IMG/VR virus record: IMGVR_UViG_3300045988_141624
Location: 1 to 64,000 of that record
Reading direction: 5' to 3' (one strand)
Length of the DNA: 64,000 nucleotides
Source of the DNA: a virus
A program made the translations under genes and the position numbers. Of the stretch, positions 35,399 to 44,047 are shown piece by piece (position 1 is the first letter of the stretch; every line of letters begins with the position of its first letter). The notes below the pieces were generated by a model. The model saw only the letters and a program-made list of their open reading frames with translations, was not told the DNA's origin and ran no database searches.

Positions 35399-38300
35399 TT
35401 GTCAAAGTTATTGGAAAAATATCAAGAACAATATAAGCCTTATGTAAAGTTTATTGATTCTTATCGTAAAGCTTCCAATGCAGCTAGTGGTAGTGAAGTA
35501 GACTCTAACGCAAATGTAGAGAATAAAAACATTACCACTTTACAAGGAGAACTAAACAAAAAAGAAATTATTGGAACAAATCGCACTCTAATGATTGAAA
35601 AACTTACAGAACTGTATGGCGAAGAAACCGCAAAAGAATACATTCGTCAACTTGAGGCCCATGAAATTTATAAACATGATGAAACCAGTATTATGCCGTA
35701 CTGCGTTAGCATTACAATGTATCCTTTCTTATTCGATGGGCTAACCAACATCGGTGGTTTATCTACGGCACCCAACAATTTGGATTCTTTTTGTGGGAGC
35801 TTTGTTAATTTAGTATTTGCCATTGCTTCTCAATTCGCAGGAGCAGTAAGCACACCAGAGTTTCTAATGTATATGGATTATTTCATTAGAAAAGAATATG
35901 GAAATGATTATTATTTAAAACCTGATTCTGTAGTATCAGCCATTGGTAGAAAAAGAACTATTCATTCTGTTATTCATGATAAGTTCAGCCAAGTTGTTTA
36001 TTCATTAAATCAACCAGCTGCCGCAAGGAATTTTCAAAGCGTAAACTAAAATGCGCCTATATGTAGTAATAGATATAGCAAACTCCTTTAATTTCTGGGA
36101 AATCTTATTATAATTATAGTTTTATCATTCATAATAAGACAATCAGAAGCGAAGCCCTATAAAGGGAACGTTCAACGACCATTGCGAAAGCAAGTACACT
36201 ATAAGCGTTTGATAGTGGAAATGGGGAGTATCCTTTCAAAGGATAGTGATATGGTCTACTCTTTATGGTGACATAAAGCAGTTCATAAGAGAACGCATAC
36301 AACGTAGCGCATTGTATGGAATACAAGGGTTTTGGAATATTGCTTATTTCGACCAACCTTATTTTAACGGTATGTTTGAAGATTTTGTTTTTCCCGATGG
36401 TTCTGAACCTTGTTGGGATAGTGTGAATTGGCTCCAAAAAGACTTTATGAAATGGTTTAATGCAGAAAGATTAAAAACAGCTACATCGTTCTTATCTTTC
36501 CCTGTTGAAACTGTTAATCTTTTGGATAATGGGACAGATTATGTGGATAAAGAATGGAAAGATTTCACAGCACAAATGTGGGCAGAAGGACATTCATTCT
36601 TCTGTTATAGAAGCAATAGTGTTGACTCGTTGGCATCGTGTTGTAGGCTCAGAAACGAAATTCAAGAAAACACGTTCTCATTTACGTTAGGTGCCGGAGG
36701 TGTGTCTACAGGTTCTAAAGGCGTTATTACCATTAACATCAATAGATTGGTGCAAAATGTTTATAAAAAGAATCCTCACGCAACATTAAAAGATATTTCT
36801 AAAACTGTTAGAGAACAAATTCATAAAGTACATTGTTACTTAACAGCATTTAATGAAATTATAAAAGATAATTTTAAATCTAAAATGCTTCCTGTTTATG
36901 ATGCAGGATATATTGCTTTAGAAAAACAATATTTAAGTTTAGGTATGTAATTTAATGCCTTACATTGCTTTTCCAGTTATCGCTGGGGTACTAAGGAGTG
37001 CTAACGAGGAAACCTGACTACCATAAGGTAAAAGGCAATCTCGTGGGAAGGAAGTTTTTGTATGGAAATTTATATGATTCAAAATGATATTAATAATATG
37101 GTTTATATAGGACAGATAAATAATTCAAAACATAGGTTGAAGCAACATGTTTCAGCAGATTTATTAAAAAGACTGTTTTATTCATTGAAATATGAACAAG
37201 ATAAAACTATGACTCAAATCGCTAGAGAGTATAAAATTGACATAAGTCAACTGAATAAAATTAACCAAGGACGCGACCACAGGGTTGATTGGCAAACATA
37301 TCCTGTTAGAAAAGGCAAAGTATCCAATCCGTTATACAAACATGCTGAGGAAATAAGAAACTTGCTTAAAAACACAGATATTCCACAAAAAGACATAGCC
37401 AGAAAATTTAATGTTTCTGTTTCCTCGGTGCGTGCTATCAATAAGGGGAGCTATTATAGAGATAATAAACTATCTTATCCTTTAAGATATAATTATCAAT
37501 GCTATAATAGTGGAAGAACCGCTCTGTCTCCTAGTGAGGTTTGTGAAATAGAAGAGAAATTAAAAAACACTAATATTTCAATGCGCTCCATTGCTGCGGA
37601 ATACGAAATCGCATTGACAACTGTTACAAATTTAAATATTGGCTCAATAAAAAAATATCGTAAAGAATCATTAAATTATCCATTGCGGAAACTTTAACCT
37701 GTATCGACTATCCTCGCATAGAGGAGTAAAAAAACTATTGATACGTTTTTTGAAATGGCAATGGCACTATCAAGGGATAGTAATTAAGAAATAGTCAGTT
37801 CTATTAGAAATAATAGGTTAAACGATTAACGGTTTTCTTGAAGGGGCAGAATTTTTAGGCATTGAGATTTCACCCAATGAGGAATATTTTGCCTATGGTG
37901 AAGCCATTCTAAAACCAATCTACGAAGAAAACAAAAAAGATAAAACATCAGAGATTATGTTTAACACGGAGTTCGTGCCTGAAAAGAGTGGGCACTAAGT
38001 AGGATAATCCATAAACTACTTATAGGAAATTTTCTTTAATTGACTCGGAAATCCAGAGGTGGACAACGAGGGGCAAGTTTAAATACAGCCTGAACGACTA
38101 AATAAGAAAACTTCATAGGAAATTAAATGAAGGTGCAATAGTCTGAACTCATATACAACCTAACTAAAGTATGAGAAAGAAAGTCAGATGTACAGACATC
38201 TTAAAGAAGAACTTTCTTCGCCAAGCTATCTTGGTCATTAAAGTAACAGAATTGGCAGAAAATCTCGGTGTTAAAAATGCAAAATGGGATAGAGAAGATG

Positions 38301-38966
38301 GATATTATGTTCCCAGAGATTGTTACAATAGCTATTTTTATATAGTAGAAGATGAAAATACTAACCTTTTAGATAAGTTTATTCTACATGGAGATAAATT
38401 AACCAAATATTTAGATGGTAGACAAAACTGCCTGTTACACCTTTTCCACTAATCAGTGGGGTATACAAAATATGCTAACGGTGAAGGCTAAGTCTTATTG
38501 ATACGCTAATACCGTGGGAAAGATTTTTACTATACAGTTAAAATCCAATCCTGTATCGACTATCTCCGTATCGGGAGAGTAGGGTTGTTATTGATACGCA
38601 ACCCGAAATGGGTGTTGCTGCGCAAAGCAGTTAAAATATAGTCAGCGCCGTTTGGAAACAACGGATAAAGTGGGTTCAGCTCTCCATGCTAACTTAGAAG
38701 AACATTTATCTAAAGAACAATACTTAAAAATGCTTGAAGTAGCTATTAAAACTGGTTGCAGTTATTTCACATTTAATATCCCAAATACAGCCTGTAATGA
38801 CTGTGGATATATTTCTAAACATAAACTAACCAAATGTCCTAAATGCGGAAGTGAGAACTTAGATTATATAACAAGAGTAATTGGTTACATGAAAAGAATT
38901 TCTAGTTTCTCAGAAGCAAGACAAAAGGAAGAAAAACAAAGATATTATGACAAAGTTAAAGTATGA
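35399..38966 (+). CDS. nrdD: Anaerobic ribonucleoside-triphosphate reductase (class III NrdD), interrupted by four group I introns. Exons: 35399-36042, 36329-36944, 37825-37980, 38255-38419, 38673-38966.
   Basis: Joins restore NFQSV-FWNIAYFDQPYF, KQYLSLG-INGFLEGAEFLG, NTEFVP-AENLGVKNAKWD and KYLDG-GSALHANL. The C-terminus has a CNDCGY..CPKCGS zinc ribbon and a glycyl-radical-type RVIGYM. The exons sum to 1875 nt, which is 625 codons. Confidence 0.85.
36043..36328 (+). mobile_element. Group I intron (nrdD intron 1, no ORF)
   Basis: The exon end agcgU can pair with the intron sequence gcgc 12 nt downstream. It contains ttcaacgacc and gatatggtct, and ends in G. Confidence 0.7.
36945..37824 (+). 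mobile_element. Group I intron (nrdD intron 2) carrying an endonuclease-like ORF
   Basis: Core strings gtgctaacgaggaaacc, ctcgtgggaagg and gaaatagtca flank ORF 37062-37697. The 5' exon ends in U and the insert ends in G. Confidence 0.75.
37062..37697 (+). CDS. Intron-encoded GIY-YIG-type endonuclease relative with three NUMOD1-like HTH repeats. The catalytic domain appears truncated.
   Basis: The N-terminal IYMIQNDINNMVYIGQ...RLKQH matches GIY-(x10)-YIG...R..H. Three repeats of the form (M/Q)..IA.(E/K)(Y/F).(I/V)..(S/T).(L/V)..(I/L)N.G follow. No downstream conserved Glu/Asn region is seen. Confidence 0.6.
   Translation: MEIYMIQNDINNMVYIGQINNSKHRLKQHVSADLLKRLFYSLKYEQDKTMTQIAREYKIDISQLNKINQGRDHRVDWQTYPVRKGKVSNPLYKHAEEIRNLLKNTDIPQKDIARKFNVSVSSVRAINKGSYYRDNKLSYPLRYNYQCYNSGRTALSPSEVCEIEEKLKNTNISMRSIAAEYEIALTTVTNLNIGSIKKYRKESLNYPLRKL
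37981..38254 (+). mobile_element. Group I intron (nrdD intron 3, no ORF)
   Basis: It splits FVP|AENLG. It contains ctgaacgactaaataag and gcaatagtctga. The 5' exon ends in U and the insert ends in G. Confidence 0.7.
38420..38672 (+). mobile_element. Group I intron (nrdD intron 4, no ORF)
   Basis: It splits LDG|GSALH. It contains atgctaacggtgaagg, accgtgggaaag, cctgtatcgactatc (also present in intron 2) and aaatatagtcag. Confidence 0.7.
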
Positions 38967-39465
38967 GTCTTATTCAATTATTTTCCAAGAAGTTCCTGAT
39001 GAAATAACTTTGGGATTTAATATCAGTGGTTGCCCTTACAAGTGTGAGGGCTGCCACTCCCCCTTCTTATGGGAAGATATAGGAACACCTTTATTAGAAA
39101 ACATTGAATCTGTTATTAAAAAGTATGAAAACCTAATAACTTGTGTTTGTTTTTTTGGCGGTGACCAAAACAAAGACGAACTCCTGGAATGCCTTAAAAT
39201 TTGCAAAACTTATAATTTAGCCACTTGTTTATATTCTGGTTACGGCAAAGGGCGACGACATGAATCAGAAGAATTGAAATATTTTTTGCCGATAATCCCT
39301 TACCTAGATTATCTTAAAATAGGTGAATATAATAAAAAATTAGGTGGGCTAGCCTCTAAGAATACAAATCAAATCTTTTATAAAATCGAACACCAAGGAA
39401 ACAACAAGCGCATGTTAAGTGATATAACTTCTTTATTCACTGAAAAATCGGAGGTAATTAGATAG
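38947..39465 (+). CDS. nrdG: Anaerobic RNR activating protein (radical SAM, NrdG)
   Basis: GCPYKCEGCHSP (CxxxCxxC cluster motif). It overlaps the end of nrdD. Confidence 0.8.
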   Translation: MTKLKYESYSIIFQEVPDEITLGFNISGCPYKCEGCHSPFLWEDIGTPLLENIESVIKKYENLITCVCFFGGDQNKDELLECLKICKTYNLATCLYSGYGKGRRHESEELKYFLPIIPYLDYLKIGEYNKKLGGLASKNTNQIFYKIEHQGNNKRMLSDITSLFTEKSEVIR

Positions 39466-39917
39466 TGCTTACATATGCTAATTATTATATAGATAACATA
39501 CTTCCAAAAGAAAAAGTTCTTATTATTAACACATATCAAGAAAAGGTATCTTCTTATGATAAAAGATTGGTAAAAGACATTTCTAAAATCCTCCCTAAAT
39601 TTAATGATGTAACCTGTGTTTGTTTCTGGGAAGTTTACGATGATTTTTTCTATGAAGAAATAAATCTGGATGAACTTAAAAAGATTTTATCTTATTGCAA
39701 AGAACTAAACTATAAAACGTTTCTATATAGTTCCTATCACAGTGACAAAGAACGTGAAATCAAACGATTTGAAACGATTGCAAAAAACTTAGATTATTTG
39801 CGCATAGGATATTACAATCAACAAGGTAAGACTTATAAGGTTACATTGGACAAAAATCATGTATATCTTGAAAACATTAATAATAAATTCAGAAAGGACA
39901 ATAAACAAATACTATGA
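39465..39917 (+). CDS. NrdG paralogue lacking the radical-SAM cysteine motif
   Basis: It aligns with the NrdG C-terminal two thirds: VTCVCFWEV..ELKKILSYCKELNYKTFLYSSY..LDYLRIGYYN against ITCVCFFGG..ELLECLKICKTYNLATCLYSGY..LDYLKIGEYN. It has no CxxxCxxC motif. Confidence 0.6.
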   Translation: MLTYANYYIDNILPKEKVLIINTYQEKVSSYDKRLVKDISKILPKFNDVTCVCFWEVYDDFFYEEINLDELKKILSYCKELNYKTFLYSSYHSDKEREIKRFETIAKNLDYLRIGYYNQQGKTYKVTLDKNHVYLENINNKFRKDNKQIL

Positions 39918-40102
39918 CTATTCTAATCAACCCGGACGCAGATTTTGTAAAACAATTTAAAAAAGAACTCAAAGACAACAACAACTATTGCCCTTGTAAA
40001 ATCAAAAAAACACCTGAAACAAAGTGCATGTGTAAAGAGTTTGTTGACAGCACCGAAGAAGGATATTGTGAATGTGGTTTATATTATAAAACAAACAAAT
40101 AA
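39914..40102 (+). CDS. Small triple-CxC protein, ferredoxin-thioredoxin-reductase catalytic-subunit-like
   Basis: YCPCK..(x10)..CMCKEF..(x12)..CECGLYY recalls the FTR-B CPC/CPC/CHC pattern, but with a Glu in place of the His. Confidence 0.4.
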   Translation: MTILINPDADFVKQFKKELKDNNNYCPCKIKKTPETKCMCKEFVDSTEEGYCECGLYYKTNK

Positions 40103-40116
40103 TTTTCAAAAAAGTG

Positions 40117-40145
40117 TTGACATTATCATCAAAAAGTGATAATAT
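40117..40145 (+). promoter_or_regulatory. Promoter of a non-coding unit
   Basis: TTGACA (40117-40122), a 17-nt spacer, then TAATAT (40140-40145). Confidence 0.55.
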
Positions 40146-40151
40146 AAGCAT

Positions 40152-40238
40152 GTAAGGTGTTGGGAAGCCTTACATTGTTACCTCCTTTCTTTGTTTGATG
40201 AGACTCTCTAAAAAATATTAAGAGAGTCTCATTTTTTT
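40152..40238 (+). ncRNA. Candidate small RNA (about 87 nt) with an exposed anti-Shine-Dalgarno CCUCCU
   Basis: The unit has its own promoter. A 5' hairpin pairs 40151-40157 with 40168-40174. A single-stranded uuaCCUCCUuuc lies at 40178-40189. A perfect 10-bp terminator hairpin pairs 40200-40209 with 40221-40230 and is followed by U7. No ORF is present. Confidence 0.4.
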
Positions 40239-40239
40239 G

Positions 40240-40268
40240 TTGACAATATTATAAAAAAGTGTTATATT
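40240..40268 (+). promoter_or_regulatory. Promoter for dut
   Basis: TTGACA (40240-40245), a 17-nt spacer, then TATATT (40263-40268). Confidence 0.55.
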
Positions 40269-40307
40269 AAACATAGAAAAAATGCCCAATTAAAGGAGAT
40301 GTTTTTA

Positions 40308-40751
40308 ATGGAACAAACTATCGTACAAGTAAAGAAAATGTCTAACACTGCTAAAATTCCCTTATTAACTACACGGTTTTCAGCTGGTGTAGACATGTAT
40401 GCAAACATTCCTAAAGTTACAATGATTAGGCCCCATGAAACTGTTAAGGTTCCCACTGGAATTGCCATGAGTATTCCTAAAGGATACTTCGGTGCTCTTG
40501 TGGCTCGTAGCGGTATTGCAACAAAACGTAATCTAGCCCCCATTAATTGTATTGGAATTATTGATAGCGATTATCGAGGAGAAATCTTGGTTCCCTTACA
40601 TAACCATGGAGATGAAACTCAAATCATTGAACCAGACGAAAGAATTGCGCAACTTATTGTAATGCCTTATTTGCCTATTGCTTTTGAAGAAGTAGATGCT
40701 TTGGATTCAACAAAACGTGGAGATGGTGGTTTTGGAAGCACAGGAGTATAA
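40308..40751 (+). CDS. dut: dUTP pyrophosphatase (trimeric dUTPase)
   Basis: The five dUTPase motifs: AGVDMY, ARSGIATK, GIIDSDYRGE, RIAQLIV and RGDGGFGSTG. The ATG at 40308 lies 9 nt after AAAGGAG. Confidence 0.9.
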   Translation: MEQTIVQVKKMSNTAKIPLLTTRFSAGVDMYANIPKVTMIRPHETVKVPTGIAMSIPKGYFGALVARSGIATKRNLAPINCIGIIDSDYRGEILVPLHNHGDETQIIEPDERIAQLIVMPYLPIAFEEVDALDSTKRGDGGFGSTGV

Positions 40752-40753
40752 AA

Positions 40754-40981
40754 ATGGCTCAATTTTATAAAATGACAATTCATATATGCGATTTAGAAGA
40801 TAATCTAAACATAAAAGAAATCGAAAGATTGATTGAAGACAAAGCTTTGAACGGGATTAGCACCAGCGCTATATGTCATTTCTCTGAAGAAGAAAAAGGT
40901 GCTAAAATAGAATGGAATGAAGATATAGATGTGAATTATAGAGACTGTCCCACATCTGCTTGGGAAAAATATTTTACTTAA
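40754..40981 (+). CDS. Hypothetical protein
   Basis: ORF tightly packed after dut. Confidence 0.55.
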   Translation: MAQFYKMTIHICDLEDNLNIKEIERLIEDKALNGISTSAICHFSEEEKGAKIEWNEDIDVNYRDCPTSAWEKYFT

Positions 40982-40995
40982 ATAAAGGAGAAAAA

Positions 40996-41382
40996 ATGAA
41001 TAAAGACCCAGTGATTCAGCGTATGATAAATCTAATTCAAGAAAATCCCGAACTTGATATTATTCCTATTGTGAATAGTGACATGTATGGAAACAAAACA
41101 CAGTATCCTAATTATAAATATTGGACTGGTAAAATCGTTGATTCTGAATTAGATGAAGTAATGGACACCACGGCATGGGAATGCGAACCTAGATTAATTT
41201 CCCGAAAGTGTTTACACCCTTTTGAAAAAGTCGAACTTGTTTCTGATATAGCTGAATACAAATATGGTAATAGAAAAGCCTCAACTGTAAACAAGGTAAT
41301 AGATGAAGAATTTGATAAAATGTGGAAAAAAGTTATCTTGATTTATATTGACAATCCAGAAGAAGAGGAGGGAGAAGAATGA
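40996..41382 (+). CDS. Hypothetical protein
   Basis: The ATG at 40996 follows AAAGGAG. Confidence 0.55.
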   Translation: MNKDPVIQRMINLIQENPELDIIPIVNSDMYGNKTQYPNYKYWTGKIVDSELDEVMDTTAWECEPRLISRKCLHPFEKVELVSDIAEYKYGNRKASTVNKVIDEEFDKMWKKVILIYIDNPEEEEGEE

Positions 41383-41480
41383 GTTTACGTCCCATTGACG
41401 CAGTTATAATTGATGATGTTATGGGCACTTTCTTCGGTATTGAAGATGAAATGCCCGAAGAAGACGATGACGAAGAATAA
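41379..41480 (+). CDS. Small acidic peptide (33 aa)
   Basis: ATGA overlap with the upstream stop. It ends just before the convergent terminator. It is below the ORF-track cutoff. Confidence 0.3.
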   Translation: MSLRPIDAVIIDDVMGTFFGIEDEMPEEDDDEE

Positions 41481-41485
41481 CCAAA

Positions 41486-41526
41486 AAAATAAGGTAGAAA
41501 GAGATAAACTCAATCTACCTTATTTT
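41486..41526. terminator. Bidirectional terminator at the convergence of the early (+) and late (-) gene blocks
   Basis: aaaataaggtaga (41486-41498) pairs with tctaccttatttt (41514-41526). The A-run and T-run arms serve both directions. Confidence 0.75.
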
Positions 41527-41529
41527 CAT

Positions 41530-42522
41530 TTATTTGACTTTGCTCCTATAGTTAGGCAAACAGAAACCACGAATAAAACGACCATTAATTTCCACATTTC
41601 GATAACCTACCGCGTCAGATTTATTTCCTTCTATGATTTTCATATTGTTTCCAGACACTTCAACAACGATACCAACGTGTTCAGGCCACCCAGTATCATC
41701 ACCTTTTCCATTGTCATCCCAATCATACATTAGAATATCACCAATTTGGGGAACATAAGCGTCATTTTCTTCCCAGCGACCAATCTTTTTGTACAACTCA
41801 ATCATTTTACCACAACTACATTCTGTTGGCATAATGTCGGTTAAACCGCATTGGATAGCCACAAAAGAAACAAAAGTAGCACACCAAGAACCCGTATATT
41901 TCATTCTATAGTTGCGTGCTAAAGGTTTATGCGCATTATATCCATCAATAATTACTTTATGACTTCCATCAGATTCTTTACAGCCTAAATATTTCTTAGC
42001 TTCATTAACCACCTTTTGACGCAAAGACATTTCAGTAGTTTTTGTAGAGCCACCAGAACTAGGTGTAGAGGGTTTTGCAGGAGAAACAGCTCCATCTAAT
42101 ACAACCCAAGTCTTAGCCCCACAAATACCATCAGCGGACAATCCTTTTGCTTTTTGAAAAGCAATACAAGCTGCTTTTGCTTTTTGTCCATAAATAGAAT
42201 CAATAGCACCACAATTAAACCCATGTTTGGTTACTTTGGTTTGAAATTCTTTAACATCCTCGCCTTTCATCATCGGAGAGGTTAGTTTTAGAGTGCGCCT
42301 TGTTTTAGTTTCCAACTTTCCCCATGTTTTAGAACCACAAATGCCGTCTGCACTTAGCCCAACAGACGCTTGAAATTTCTTGCATGCACTCACAGATTTT
42401 TTTCCATATTTTCCATCAATAGCACCACAACTAAACCCCTTGCTTGTAACCAACTTTTGAAAATCTGTTACATCAGACCCACTCATTAGAGGGGTAGTAA
42501 GTTTTAAAGTTTTTCTTGCCAT
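41530..42522 (-). CDS. Endolysin: two PG_binding_1 repeats plus a C-terminal CHAP/NlpC-P60-type cysteine peptidase domain
   Basis: Two repeats of the form G.DV..FQ..V...GF.CGAIDG.YG.K...A...FQ...GLSADGICG.KTW. The C-terminal domain has SWCATFV (Cys) and PEHVGIVV (His). Confidence 0.85.
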   Translation of the reverse strand: MARKTLKLTTPLMSGSDVTDFQKLVTSKGFSCGAIDGKYGKKSVSACKKFQASVGLSADGICGSKTWGKLETKTRRTLKLTSPMMKGEDVKEFQTKVTKHGFNCGAIDSIYGQKAKAACIAFQKAKGLSADGICGAKTWVVLDGAVSPAKPSTPSSGGSTKTTEMSLRQKVVNEAKKYLGCKESDGSHKVIIDGYNAHKPLARNYRMKYTGSWCATFVSFVAIQCGLTDIMPTECSCGKMIELYKKIGRWEENDAYVPQIGDILMYDWDDNGKGDDTGWPEHVGIVVEVSGNNMKIIEGNKSDAVGYRNVEINGRFIRGFCLPNYRSKVK

Positions 42523-42558
42523 TTATATTCTCCCTTTCTCTATTGTTTTTGAGGAATA

Positions 42559-42723
42559 TTATTTGAACTCTTCGCATTTCTTTAATTGATTGATTTGTGT
42601 TTTTGTCAATTTTGGATATGATTTAACAGCCTCATCAAATGTCACACCCTCGGTTCCCATTCTTTTCAAAATAGCTCGAGCCGTTATCCTCAATAAAACA
42701 TTTTTTAATTCTTCGATTCTCAT
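42559..42723 (-). CDS. Small hypothetical protein (54 aa, no TM segment)
   Basis: The ATG at 42723 lies 8 nt after GGGGAGTG. It fills the gap upstream of the endolysin and is below the ORF-track cutoff. Confidence 0.4.
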   Translation of the reverse strand: MRIEELKNVLLRITARAILKRMGTEGVTFDEAVKSYPKLTKTQINQLKKCEEFK

Positions 42724-42729
42724 TTAATA

Positions 42730-43059
42730 TCACTCCCCATAAGCCATGAGTGCCACTGCTTCTTCAATATCACTCATTCTTTGTTCTAAACTTGGAGGAT
42801 TGTTGCTTTGTTCTTCTTGTAGTTCCTGAGCCAATTCTTCTTGTGTTCTTTCTACAATTGCCCCATCTACCACTTTATATTTATATTGATTTAACATAGT
42901 AAGAGCACTATATTTTAGTTGAACATGAACATGATACTCTTCATTACCTTCTTCTACAAAAATATCTGTGTCTAATGGTTTTTCAAACACGGTAGAAAAG
43001 AATTTAATAACTCGATTCTGTTCGTCAGCTCTTGCATAAATTTTATGTACTTTTTTCAT
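42730..43059 (-). CDS. Hypothetical protein downstream of the tail fibres (XkdW-like position)
   Basis: Soluble, with an acidic C-terminus, ..PPSLEQRMSDIEEAVALMA. Confidence 0.5.
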   Translation of the reverse strand: MKKVHKIYARADEQNRVIKFFSTVFEKPLDTDIFVEEGNEEYHVHVQLKYSALTMLNQYKYKVVDGAIVERTQEELAQELQEEQSNNPPSLEQRMSDIEEAVALMAYGE

Positions 43060-43076
43060 TTAATCTCCCTCTTTTC

Positions 43077-44036
43077 TTAAGCATAATATTCTGCGTCAAA
43101 ATCCATGTATTGGTTACCAGAAATAATTAAGTTCCATTGAGAATACCCAGTCACGGATTTGTTTACCTTAGCGTTAAGAGTGAATTGACCAGGGACTTGT
43201 TTGTTTGTGGAAAAACTGGTTACTGTATACCCCGTCCCACCGTTGCCGTTTTGATTAGCAAACCAAGGACTCCCGCTATAGGTAACGGTTGGAAGAATCC
43301 TCATTTCCACAGGTGGATAAATAGGAACCCCGATTTCTGTTTGATAATAACTCATACTTGGATACAAAACCGCGCCATTATCAGAAGAATATCTTAAATA
43401 ATATCTTTGGCAACGCAATAGTTCGTCAGCATACAAAGGATAAGAATAAGCAGTTGGTACATCACTTACTTCTACTTTAGCCCATAAAAGATACAGTCCA
43501 TTACCAAAGCCCCATGTACTCGGCGGCAAAAAGTTTTTAATCAAAAAATGAAGCGTCCCAGTTACACCATTGTAATCTGGATTCAGTGCAAAACACATAT
43601 TACTAATTCCACTTGAAGTCATAGTATCAGTTAAAGTAATCACTAATTCTTTACCCTCGCCGTCACAAAACTTTGCCGAAGCAGAAATAGTTTTGCCCAC
43701 TGAGTTAGGGAACTCTATATATTGCCCTATAGATAGGAATTTAATATTTAATCCATATGTAGAAGAAATGGTTAAAGCGGTAGGAACACCGCTTATTTTA
43801 TACCATCTATCAATAAAATATTTATCCACTGTAAGAGTAGTGGCTCTTCTTTGATTAACTGGATTAGTAAAATCAGTATTAATCAACAAATTGGGAGAAG
43901 GTATCTTTTTTAATGAACTTTGTATGTTTTCCAATTCTGTTTGAACATTAGAGCCATCAGAAGTAAGAGTAACACTGGCTTCCGTTTCAAAATGAACTGT
44001 TTCACCATTTTCTTGTACCCTATAATTTATCGCCAT
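43077..44036 (-). CDS. Tail fibre / receptor-binding protein, paralogue B2
   Basis: It shares NLLIN..F.NP, DRWY, ELL(R/K)CQRYY(L/M)RY and the C-terminal FDAEY with the 44048 gene. Confidence 0.55.
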   Translation of the reverse strand: MAINYRVQENGETVHFETEASVTLTSDGSNVQTELENIQSSLKKIPSPNLLINTDFTNPVNQRRATTLTVDKYFIDRWYKISGVPTALTISSTYGLNIKFLSIGQYIEFPNSVGKTISASAKFCDGEGKELVITLTDTMTSSGISNMCFALNPDYNGVTGTLHFLIKNFLPPSTWGFGNGLYLLWAKVEVSDVPTAYSYPLYADELLRCQRYYLRYSSDNGAVLYPSMSYYQTEIGVPIYPPVEMRILPTVTYSGSPWFANQNGNGGTGYTVTSFSTNKQVPGQFTLNAKVNKSVTGYSQWNLIISGNQYMDFDAEYYA

Positions 44037-44047
44037 GATTTACACCT

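Noticed and set aside
36246-36328. N-terminal residues of the track ORFs 36246-36950, 38171-38452, 29825-31003 and 31403-32710.
   Set aside because: These starts are read-through of intron sequence into the exon frame. The real exon boundaries lie at 36329, 38255, 29828 and 31296.
27832-38966. Idea that the PolIII alpha and NrdD fragments are frameshifted or decayed pseudogenes.
   Set aside because: The breaks fall at clean positions that restore conserved motifs. The exon sums are exact multiples of 3. Each insert follows the exon-U/intron-G rule and carries shared ribozyme-like core strings, and one insert carries a HEG.
41410-41733. Plus-strand 107-aa ORF.
   Set aside because: It runs through the convergent terminator and is antisense to the well-supported endolysin 3' end.
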